A stretch of DNA of 32,000 nt from NCBI RefSeq assembly GCF_000400465.1, contig NW_008806277.1, forward strand, positions 510,001 through 542,000, written 5' to 3'. This document shows positions 7,954 through 18,974 of the stretch, piece by piece. Each line of letters begins with the position of its first letter. The first letter of the stretch is position 1. A program made the translations under genes and the position numbers. Under the pieces are notes generated by a model. It made no database searches. It was given only the letters and a program-made list of their open reading frames with translations, and was not told the DNA's origin. This stretch comes from Wallemia ichthyophaga EXF-994 (lineage: Eukaryota; Fungi; Basidiomycota).

Positions 7954-10131
7954 TCAAACATTCTTTATCCACCTACCCATCCATTGAGAGTTGATCTGTT
8001 TAGCCTCATCGACCAGTCCCATGTGTAATAAAAGCTGCACAGATCCTCTGACAGCCGACTCTAGTGCACTGAATGTCCAAGCATGCGTGATAGATGTGTG
8101 TTCGCCGACGAAGATGACATTGTCGTGTGTCTTGTGATATGATGGAATGAACATGGTGTGTTGGTCTTGCGTTGGAGATGCCCAGCTTCCGGCGTAGTTC
8201 TCATCTTTAATCCAGCATCTGTAAGCTGAGTTGCCCGCATACTGCTCGTATACCTGGTCGCCGTGGAGGTACGCCAGAGACTCCATGGCTTGTTGGACAT
8301 ACCTATCTTCAGACCACGAAGCTAATCTGGTCGCTGGGTCACCTGAGACGTACGATGAGAGCACCACAGCTGGACCATCTGATCCGAGGTTATAAGGAGG
8401 GTAGCATGAGCGGCTGACTCCGTAGTATTTGTCCGTGTCGTCGCATCCACCATAGATCGGCTTGTCACCTTCTTCCCAGAATCGCTTCTTGAATTGTAAA
8501 GCCGTTTTGCAGGCACTATTGTACGTGAGCGTATCGATAGCGTGGGAGATGATAGGGTCCTCAAACACAGGCAAGTCCCATTGCCTGACGACGGAAAATG
8601 GCGATGAAACAACCGTGTAATCGAATGTTTTGTTCTCTCTTTTATATCCGTTGCCTTCGTCTGTCCACTCCAGAGTCACCTTTCCATCATCCGTCTTAAT
8701 GGTGTCGACGCGCTTCTTAAAGCTGACTTTGTCATCGACAAGTGGATGAAAAGCGTTTGGAAGTTGTGAAAGACCTGTTTGTTGACTGTTAGCATAGCAT
8801 ACCACTCAATAGAAGAACTACACACCTCTATCGATTGTCTTCCAGGTAGTAGCACCGAAGTAGTTGTTGGAGTCGTAGATCATATCCCAAACAGATGTAA
8901 AGTCAAATCCTTGTGCCTCTTGAGCAGTGATGAGGTCGTAACCATACTTCTGCAGCAGTCCTGCTTCACTGACATCGTCATATCCCAGGTCGATTTGCAT
9001 TTTGTGTGCCTTGAAAACATTTTCCGCTGTGAGTTCGAGGAGCTCCGTATTGTCCGTGATATTTGAAATAAAGACGCTCGCTTCCTTCGCCTTGTCTGAA
9101 ATTCTCGTCTTTGATAATGATGGGTTCGCGTTTATGTCTGAAACACGCGGGATGGATCCATCTGTCAATCTCACTCCATTAGAGTCTCTGAAGTTATTCT
9201 TCATCGACTGGACCCAAGGTATGAAGCCAACTTTCCATTCTTCAGCGTTGTCGTTGAGTTTGTTCAAGTAGTCACCGAGCTGGAAGACGAGCTTGTGATC
9301 GTTGATTTCAACAGTCTCCCCATCTCTAACCCACGAAACAGGGAAGCGCATGGCGCCCATTTCTTGATATTGGTACTCGTCTGGCTGAGTGTTGTTGAGG
9401 TATTGCGTGTATAGACGTCCACCAATCCTGTCACTTGACTCTATGATTTCCCAGTTGTGCATTCCAACGCTGTCAAGCAGCAGTGCCGTCATAAGACCAC
9501 TCATACCAGCGCCGACAATACCAACAGCTGTATTTTGTTAGTTTATGTGCGTGTAGAGAGTAGCAACTGGCTCACCTGATTCCTTCGACTGAACATCAAT
9601 CAACTGTGAGTCAAAATGCTCATTCACGTAGTTTACACCGTCAAACCAAGTACCCAGTGAGTCAAAATCTTCCATCTGCGCTACAACGCTATCAGATCTC
9701 TTTCTTGATTCATTTTCCGTTAAAAATACCGGGTCTGAGCGCGCAATAACTTGACTGCCATGATATGCATTGATACAGAAGTCATTGAGGTGGTGACTAG
9801 CAGGTGATATCCACAGTAGCTTCGAGGTGTCTCTTCCAATAAAGTTGATAGCATCCTCCTTAGAGAATGATCTCAACACTTCCTCTTCACTGAATGATGA
9901 CTGAGAGCATGGCGAAATAGTGAAAGTGACACCATGTTCGCGATCACTGAGGTATTGAGGAAGATGATGGTGTGAGTCTATATGAATGTTATTAAGCGAC
10001 AATGCTGGTACAGCAGAAGGTGCCACGATCTGAAGAAGGTTAGATGACGAAAGCGGGGAGGCTGGAAACGCGAGTGTCGCGCCGGTGTATAAGAGAATCG
10101 AGAGGGCTTTGAGTGATGTTGACATTGTCAT
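7954..10131 (-). CDS. Secreted L-amino acid oxidase / flavin amine oxidase with an N-terminal pro-region, about 692 aa
   Basis: join 10131-9576, 9527-8826, 8774-7954 (2079 nt, in frame). Signal peptide LKALSILLYTGATLA; Rossmann motif VGIVGAGMSGL; RIGGRL; EMGAMRFP; C-terminal FVGEHTSITHAWTFSALESAVRG. An upstream ATG at 10161 sits directly after TATAAAT, so it is probably not the start. Confidence 0.9.
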
Positions 10132-10215
10132 TATAAGAAAATGAAACAGTGCAAGTCTCATTTATAGTCAATGCTTGAGCGTGTACCTGATTGCGGAGAG
10201 ATCTAAACTTACGCT

Positions 10216-10755
10216 GATAAGATGAGTCTCGAGTTCAGAATAGTTGATAGCGGGTCTAATTCCGTAGCCTGTAAGAGATAGCGCGAGGCTTATCAGCCTA
10301 AGCGGCGACTTTACCAAAGGCACACAAGCGCAGATAAGGTTAAAGTATGTAGCGATAAGACTCCAAGACAGTGTAGCGGAACGTATGAAAGAAGATATTT
10401 CGATGTAATACGACCTATATAGCTAGCAAACTTCATCCATTGCATTCTTCTCTACTTTTCTCGTTTAAAGTTCCTGCTTCCTCATTCTTATCTGTTCAAT
10501 TGCGGAGGTCCTTGATAAGACGATTGAGGTCATCTGAAAATTTCGCCTTTAATTTTATATTACCCGGATTGATCAATTGAGATTAGGCAACTAGGCTTAT
10601 CGACCTTGGTGGTTTGGGTTAATGTGGGCTAGACTTTGTCGAGAGATAAATAACGATATGCATCTACATATACAGCCGGATAAGTTAGAAGCATGGAGAG
10701 GTGATAAACACCGAGCTGTAGTAGTACTTAATATAAACACCTGCTTACCTTTATC
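10216..10755. promoter_or_regulatory. Cluster of GATA-factor sites upstream of the amino acid oxidase (putative nitrogen-regulated promoter)
   Basis: Eleven GATAA/TTATC sites counted at 10216, 10290, 10333, 10354, 10488, 10514, 10597, 10645, 10679, 10703, 10751. Eight are the full GATAAG/CTTATC. Confidence 0.65.
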
Positions 10756-10939
10756 TCCTATTGTACTTTTGTCGCGTCAAGACGCGCGACTTAAGTCGAA
10801 GTTTAAGCGTATCTATCAGAGATTCAATCACTAGCTGCTGTAATGAAAACTTAGATCTGGTTAGCATTTTGATCGAAGCATCTTGATCTCATATCACATA
10901 TCAGTTTATGTTTTATTTACTTTGCAATATAATGATATA

Positions 10940-11760
10940 TTTCACTTCGCAGAGCTGCCCATGTGCGAAAGTTATCGTCAGTCCAAGTTCTTACTCGACG
11001 AGTTTTGTAGATTAGACACTCAGTGTTGGCACCTTTACAAAGTGACTTACACTATGGAAGTAGAATTTACCTTATATGATTGAAATTACTCCCAAAATTT
11101 ATGTATCATGCGATTTTTGAGAAGGTCCTGGCGATGTTGTAGATTGTATAGTGCTATTCCGAACGCACTAGCTATCGATGGTGTGTCAAGGCTACTTAAA
11201 GGTCATTTATGGTGAACAGTCACTAGAAGTTAACCATTATCCACTCTCATCATCAAGAAACAACAACCCAAAGTGAATCTTGAAAATTGCTTTATGCCAA
11301 ACCTTAAACATTTGAGTTGCTTATAGGGAGGAAGAATAGAAGGCTTGACGAGCTTGTCAGACAAATTGAAACTGTTTAACTCGAGAAATTTAATTATTTT
11401 TGTCAAATCGCGATATGTTTGACCTTGAGAATGGAGCAAAATTGAAAAACATAAAGGTTCTAAATGCCAATGATCTAATTGCCTACGAATTCTACGGCAG
11501 TAACCTAGGACATTTCAAGGATCTAATGTCAATGCCCGAAGACCTCAACATCTGTACTACTATGTTTGAAGTAGATATGTGGCATTGAACAAATTCATCG
11601 ATACATACCCAAGGCTTCACTTTGTTATTGCGCATGGATACACAAATATAAGTCCTTTCGAAGTCTCTAACAAAATGGAACACTTCACACGAAATACTTG
11701 CGTTCCTCTCATCCATAAAAGGAGCGTTCTCATGGAGACTTTTGTTTAGAAATATCGGAA
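10940..11760 (+). pseudogene. Possible decayed gene with LRR-like fragments
   Basis: Protein-like segments in shifting frames, broken by stops: PLSTLIIKKQQPKVNLENCFMPNLKHLSCL*, DLIAYEFYGSNLGHFKDLMSMPEDL, LNKFIDTYPRLHFVIAHGY. No intact ORF or convincing splice model. Confidence 0.25.
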
Positions 11761-11959
11761 GAATTCCGAAAATTCGACAAATAAGTTTAAGCAGACTTGA
11801 ACGATGAATTTTTCGGCTGAGTTTCTCGGCAAAAGTACCATCTCATTTCACTTCGGAACTTTAAGCTTTATATTACCACCTCAGTTTCGTATTTACGGAT
11901 AATGAACTGATTTTACGCATTTCTTTCATTTAATAAAATGCTACATAATATTTACTATG

Positions 11960-14900
11960 CTAGTTGTCCTCTTCCTCAGATATAAACATCGGGGAGCTAG
12001 TGAGACCGTATGAAATCGATGAGCTGCCGTCATCAAATATTTCATTTGCATTCTTAGCATCATCAAACTGGTTCGAATCAATCTTATCTTCCACGTCCTC
12101 CTCAATGGCATCACTTTCATCCACATCTTCATTGTCTACAGCTTCGCTATCACCCAAGCCAGTACTCTCAAGAGTAAGAACCAGTTCACGCTGCAGTCTT
12201 GCTATGAAAGCCATCAAATCTTCGTAGCTCAGAGAACAATTGCTGCAAATCTGGCGCAATTTGGCTGTAATCTGCAAATTGAGCAGTCAGTAAAGCAAAC
12301 AAGGCGCAGCCCAAGTCCTACAGAGAGAATAGTCTGTTTGCGAGTAGCAATTTTACGTGCTTGAACGATCACCCTGCAACTATCTTGTGCATTGTCTTCA
12401 TTTGACAATTCGCCAACAATCCTACGCGCCTCATTCAGAACCTCGACAGGCAGTCCTGCAGTCTTGGCGAGTTGCAGTCCATAGTGCTGCTCATTAGACC
12501 TACCCTCGACAACTTTGTATTGGAAGTCCATTTCATTCGCTGGGTTTACCTCAGTAGTCAAATGCAAGGTGACGACTCCAGGCATGAATTGAAGATAGGT
12601 GGAAAGCTGTCTGAAGTGCGTAGCAAATAAAGCAAATGACTTGCGACGAATAAGCTCTTCGGCGATCGCGTAAGCTATGCCAAAGCCCTCGGATGGAGTC
12701 GTTCCTCGTCCTATTTCGTCTAGTATTACTAGAGTGTTGCAGGTCGAGGCGCTGAGTATAAGCGATACTGTGGCCATCTCGTGTGCGAATGTTGATAGAT
12801 TTTGTTCGAGTATGTCGTTGTTGGTTTGACGCGATAGTATGCTATCCATCAACTTTATGCTTGCGTAATCTGCGGGTACGTAGCTACCGAGACCAGCCAT
12901 AACGAGGATCAAAGCCACCATGCGCAGAAACGATGATTTACCTATATTGTAATTAGATAAGCACTAAGTGCACCCAGAAAATAGTTTACCTGACATGTTT
13001 GGACCCTTTTGTGTATTTTTAGACTTAGACTTATCTAGCATCTACACCTACTTCAATGATTTGGAAGTGACCAAAGTCGCTAAGAAACACATCATTGGAG
13101 ACCAGCTTTTCTGACTCGATCTTCTCGAGCAGTGGGTGTCGTGCTGACTTGATCGCCAAGGTGTCGGTCTGATCGGGTTTAGCGTGAGGTCTCTCGTATG
13201 AACCATCTACCTACAAATTTAGGCTTGACTGAATTACAGCATAAGTAGAGAATTGGTTAGGTTAGCATACGCACCATAATCATGAACTAAGTTCTGTCAG
13301 CAAAGGATATTGACATGGTATAACACACACCTATAGCAGCGCTGGCGAGCGACAACAGCAAGTCGAGCATAGCGACAGCATCGCTCGCTATATATACTGA
13401 CGATAGAGCCTCAACGACCACATCTCTGATGCTCAAAACACATTCCCTCGAAAGCATGTAAACCTCCTTGAGACAATCGTTTATCCTTGAATTGCGTTTC
13501 AGGAGATCGATAGAGGTGAATCTAATCCTACTTGCGTTGTTCTCTGACGGGTTTTTGGCTTTGACTTTCGCGCCGTACTTTGCAATATTGATAAACTCTT
13601 TCGGCAGATCGGCATCACCAAGATCGGATGTCTTGAGTGTCATGCTGAATGAGTTGTTGATGTAGATACATGTGATTGGAAGATCATAAGTTTCTTTTGT
13701 GATCTCAGAGGTGCGTGCATAAATACTTATTATGCCTACGCGCGTATTGACCCGTTACGTCAAACAAATCGTCTAAGTTCTCTCTGTATGTTTCTCTGGC
13801 AACATCAAGCAGCTCACATTGTTTGGCCTGGAAATTTAGTTACAGTTTCGAATTTTCAACATTAAACCCACCTTAATGGCATAAATTTTAGCATTGCGAG
13901 CTAACAGACCACCACATCGACCCATATTAACGTCTTCATGGATGTTTCTATCAATAGCAGCGACTACTTGACCAAAAGCATCGTCATAAAGATCCTGAAA
14001 AATATGTCGGATCGGGTAGATAGACACCGATGAGCTGACGTCTCGCAATTTTTTCAATAGTAATGACGTCGCGCCATCCAGTGCTGCGTGAACATTTGCG
14101 AGAGCATGTATGATAGAACGCATAGTCAAAAGCTGGCTGATGCGCTTTTCGATGTTTTGATCTTGTGAGACTGTCTTACTATCATTCTTCGAAACCTGAG
14201 TGCTGTTGGAAAAAGAAAATGTGACAGAGGTTACCAACTGCCATCAGCACCTTATCAACATCAATATTTTTGAGCGATTTGAGGGATGTTTGAATGGAAT
14301 ATAGAATGTCCTAGACGTGTCAACATACATTAATCAGCCTAGAAAAACCCACTTCATTCTCGACCAATTCTTTCACTGCACTTAAGCGGTTCTCGATGAT
14401 GACTCTGTCTTAAGTGTGAAGTTGGCAATTTTCTGGAGATAAATGGCTATCACCCACCAGAAAGCGGTTGCAGAATTGAAGATTTGAGCAGGCGTTTACC
14501 CATTGGAGTATGGCAGCTGTCAAGAAGGCCTAGTAGGATTGAATTGATTGGAAGTTGCACCCTATTCTGACCGCTCACTCAGCATTGTGACGCCATTAGT
14601 GTTTGTAGCGCTCATAGTCAGCTCCAAGTCTTTTGCGGTCTGTGATTCGATGAACATTGTGCCTTCATGTTCTTGGTAGGTGATGCTGAGCGAGTGCGGA
14701 GAGTATATGACTGCCTGTACAGACTCGAGATAGCTTGTAAAACCATTAGGTGATATTTTGCAAGAGTTAAGGCATATTACCTAAATAGTGCGGATGCAGC
14801 GGCTATAGCATAGTACCTTGGGTGCGATGTTTATAGAAATTCACTTAGTCATAACATCAACACCCACTTCGCTCTTAAAATCATTAGCGCAGCATCTTTA

Positions 14901-15508
14901 TGGGCGTCTTCCACAATGAATCGCTCAATGTCTTCCAAACCCTTGACATCATTGAATTGCTTTCTCTGAATGATATTAGATAGATATGTTTTGTGAAAAT
15001 CACCCACCTGCATGCTTTTGATGTTAACAGGCTTGTGAGTCTCCAGCAGCTCTGCGACAAGGAGGCTCTTTGACGACTGGTCTGTAGAAGTCTTCCCGAC
15101 AGACGTATTGCACACCAAAATAGTGCAAGGCGTGTCTGCCAGATTGTAAGCAAGTCATAAGATATACCAACAGCACACCCGCGTAAGCTGATATGATGCA
15201 AAGTCTTGAGATAAGTCACCGAGTCAGCGATCTACCATCTGTCAGTGGCGAATGTCGCAGAGGAGATAGTTGACTTGTGTGAGCGTAATTCGACCGGTGT
15301 GGTTGTTGATGGCCGCCAATCCAACCTGGTGGGTAACGTCTCTGCTTTCGAGCAGGGCTATCGACCACTCGTTGGAGATAGCAGATATTGCGTCATCGTC
15401 GTCCATGGCGAGGGAATGCGTGTGATTCTTGACAGATATGGCTCTGATAGAATGTGAGGGATCTGGTTGGGCGTTCATCTCTGATAATTTCGTTGATTTC
15501 CTGTCCAT
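11960..15508 (-). CDS. MSH4: MutS homolog 4 (meiosis-specific crossover factor), multi-exon
   Basis: N-terminal IALLESRDVTHQVGLAAIN...ITLTQ/IADSVTYLKTLH; KYYAIAAASALF; CHTPMGKRLLKSSILQPL; split Walker A GPNMSG|KSSFLRMVALI; STFAHEM; LVILDEIGRGTTPSEG; FATHF; HYGLQLA; acidic tail ending at TAG 11960. The start may lie further upstream (to about 15777). Confidence 0.92.
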
Positions 15509-15849
15509 CTCTGCGAGTTGCTGATTTGAGATGGACGTCGTGAAGCAAGAAGGGAGTAGACTTAAAGTTGCAATAGCTAGATATTACATTGAAAACTTAT
15601 TTGAAATACACTTCTAATACTGACGTCATACGCGGCATCGACGCAGGAGCCGGGAGCCGGAAGCAGCGAAAAGACTAAAGCGTTCAGAAGGGCGGGAACT
15701 GACTTGTCACTCGAATCGTCTTCAATTTCTACCTGGAAAAGGAGGACAACAATTGGTGTAGCCTTAGCGACTTGCACTAAACTAAAACGATTTCAGCAGC
15801 AATAGAATGCGCGCTTATAACTTTGCTTATAAAGACTAAGTCTTTTTAT

Positions 15850-16217
15850 TCAATGTTCCAGAACCTCTGTAACGCGTGTTGGCCAAATATCGCTAACAGG
15901 ATATCGCTCATAGCGCACAGACTTCGCAATCCATATTATCCGAGACTTATTTGTGTAGGCAGATTAGCTTAGAGGTGCAATTGCCGCAGACTAATCCGAG
16001 GGATATAGGATCGAATGCTGATAGCGTGATCAAGCGTGGTATGCTCAGACGAAGAATCCTAGACAGACGACACTTCGGATAAAAGATGGGAATCATGTGA
16101 TACTTCGATAGAGATCGATGCATAATCAGTTCCAGACGAAGCCGCTGTGCAGCGACTGATGAATTCGAACGGATGCCGTGCAGCGGCGCGGCGCTAACTA
16201 AGGTTGGCCGTGGCCAT
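15850..16217 (-). CDS. Possible small spliced hypothetical protein upstream of MSH4
   Basis: ATG at 16217 with a 43-nt GTTAGC...CAG intron gives MATANLIAAQRLRLELIMHRSLSKYHMIPIFYPK...AFDPISLGL, and a further intron gives SRIIWIAKSVRYERYPVSDIWPTRVTEVLEH*. No family recognised; branch sites are weak. Confidence 0.25.
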
Positions 16218-16527
16218 AGCAAAATTTCAAAGGAGAAAAGAGTAAAGGTAATGCTTGGATGGCCGGGTGCGTCTCAAAGCCTTAGGATTTATTGGCTGCC
16301 TTTTCCATAAATTTGACGGAATTACTTGTTAAGGTTGATTCAGCTTCTTAGGCTTGATCTTCGGAGACCAAGTGGTTAGATCGCTGAAATTTCAAAAAAA
16401 AAAACCCAAAGCGTGGCTCTTGTTTACCGGACAAGCTACAAGATTTTTATTTGATTACTGCTTCTGGTTGAGATACGCACTCTTCTGAACAAGATAGTCT
16501 GCCGGACAGGCTTTGAATTACAGCTTT

Positions 16528-18791
16528 ATGAATAATATCGAACAGCCTATAAAACCACCAAGGACTTCTTCTTTGTCTTACGATATGGTCAGCAGGTCAG
16601 GCAAGTCGACGCCTGATTCCAACTCGCTGGCTTCATACACTCAGTCGTTGAATTTATCAAGTAATACTCCAACTAGAACCCATCCTTACGCTTCAGAGGA
16701 CTATTACTCTGGTGATACTATCAGTGCCAGCGATGGGTGCGTCTCTGCTATCTCTATATACTTTCTCTCACTCCCGCTACAGTCTAGCTTCCATTGACTG
16801 TACCCAGACTGATTTCTTTTATAACCAAGACATGCTTGGCATTCCCCAGCCAGATAGCGTCCACGTTCCTCTTAATACGCAGCACCCGTACCAGATTTCA
16901 AGACCTCCAAGCTTGACTTCTCTTTCTACCTCTGATAAAACCTCTATTAGCTCCACCAAGCGATTCGAACCTCCTTCTCCCAACTACCCAAATCAGTCCT
17001 TTGAACCTCCTCCAAAGTTTTCGAGGCTCGCTCAGTTCAATAAGGCTGCAAATGACGTAGTCAATCTCAACGGTGATACAAGCTCTGTTTACTCCAGAGC
17101 TTTGCCTCAATATTCTCATCACCCATCTCCCTTGTCTTACACCACCACCGCTCCGTCTGATCAGGATTTATTGGGTTTGCCTCAGCAATACCAGTCAAAC
17201 ATGCCCTGCTATCCTCCAGTTCCTTCTCCTCAGTATAGTAGCAACATACCTGACTACTACAACAGCTCGTACTACCCAATGTCGACTCCCATGTCTCAGA
17301 CTCCAGGTCCTCAAAACCGCAAGTCTAGGTCATCGAGTGTGTCACAAAATTCATGCTATTCGCAGCATTCGAATGTCTCAAACATGTCAAATCACTCAAC
17401 CAATTCCAGAGTCTACGGCGGTTGGGGAGCTCATCAACCACAGCTCGCCATGACCGGTATTCGACAATCCCATGTCCCAGCACCGACCCGGATATCTTCT
17501 CTAGATCATACCCAGCTGTTTGCTCCAGATGTTACTCAGATAGAGTCAGATGTAATGTCCTCGACTCCTATGTCGGGCGTTCTCAGTCCTGATATGGCTT
17601 ATGCGAGCAGCATTGCAAGCGATGGCGCAAGCCTGTCTGACAGCATGTCAGGTAGTATGTCTGGCAGCGTTGCTCCAAGTATTGCGACAAGCATGTCTGC
17701 CGCATCAGATACCGGTCCCATGTCGATACGTCCTATGCCGATCAGGAAGAGAGCACAAACACTCGCTACATCTAATCATCCAATGCCTCCTTACCTGCGG
17801 CAATCAAAAAACCACCACCCTTCGATACTTGAGACTATGGACAGCAGCAAACCACGACCCCGGTCGCGTTCTTCGACGATGAGCAGTGGCGATGACGGTA
17901 GCCAGATGACTTCGTTCAATCCGGAATTGAAGGATGTGCTAGATGATATTTTCTTCCAATTTATGAACGATCTCTGCTCAGACTGTGAGTTTTGATTTTG
18001 TTTATTTTTGTTTTACTGACACGAAACTAGTGGGAGCCACGGATTCGCGAGGAGAGCTAATACACCAGACGCTCATGGCAAAGAAGATGGAAAAGCTAGA
18101 TCAGCTGGATGAGTTCCGGCCTTTCAAATTCCGTATTCAAGCATTTACGTCAGCGTTCCAAGATCGCTTGCTCCAGCACAATATTGATGAAGGTATCATG
18201 CCGTCAAAGCGCGTAAAAGTATACCTATGGTCATCGCCTTTTATATCTCGGTTCAACGAGGATGGAAAGAAAGCCAAGAGCAAGGGTAATCATATATGGA
18301 ACATAAGTGCGAAAAAAGACCGGCATAACAATTGCTGGGTATTTGAAGAATTCTCGCCTAGGATCACTGGTGAACCGCCCAAGGTAGCGTATATTGGAGT
18401 GCCTTGGTCGTTCACGCCGCGATTGTGGGATCCACGGAACTCATTTGCTCAAATCAAGCCAACATTTAGCTCTCCCGCACTACCACCTTGGCTCAGTTGG
18501 GTATCTAGACCAAGCACGCGAGGAAGTACGCGGGGAGAGATAGTCCACACACTCACAGGTATTCCCGACGTGACAGCAACAACATCCGAAATAGTAATTG
18601 AGGCCACATACGTCTACAATGGCTTACCACACAAATTAAGCAAGACATTCATTCTTTACACAGCGAATCAGACCTCGTTGCCACTGCAAACACAGCCAAC
18701 GGGACTGCCAACCATAAAAAGTTCTCCTATCGACACATCAGCACAGGGTCTAACGTATTCACCGTCACCTGAGCATGATGAAATGCAATAG
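16528..18791 (+). CDS. Protein of unknown function, 723 aa: long S/P/Q-rich disordered region, basic globular block, Ig/cadherin-like C-terminal region
   Basis: join(16528..16736,16783..17984,18031..18791), 2172 nt in frame, with canonical 46-nt introns. Ordered block FFQFMNDLCSDLGATDSRGELIHQTLMAKKMEKL...FRPFKFRIQAFT...ISRFNEDGKKAKSKGNHIWNISAKK, then PWSFTPRLWDP...LPPWLSW...LTGIP. Confidence 0.8.
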
Positions 18792-18974
18792 GTAGTGATA
18801 GCGGGAAGCGTTCACGATGCCTGACACTTTCTTTAATTTGTAATTTTTAAATCTTGTTTCCTGAATAATGCATACATAAAATTGATAGTAAATCACATAA
18901 GCTGTTGAGATATCATTGAAATCGCGTCTCGGCTGAACATTGGTCGCGCAACGCTCCTTGATAATAACCACCGT

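Noticed and set aside
10132-10161. Upstream ATG extending the oxidase (MRLALFHFLI)
   Set aside because: It directly abuts the TATAAAT element, so it probably lies upstream of the transcription start.
16394-16404. A11 run in the divergent promoter region
   Set aside because: Ordinary poly(dA:dT) promoter element.
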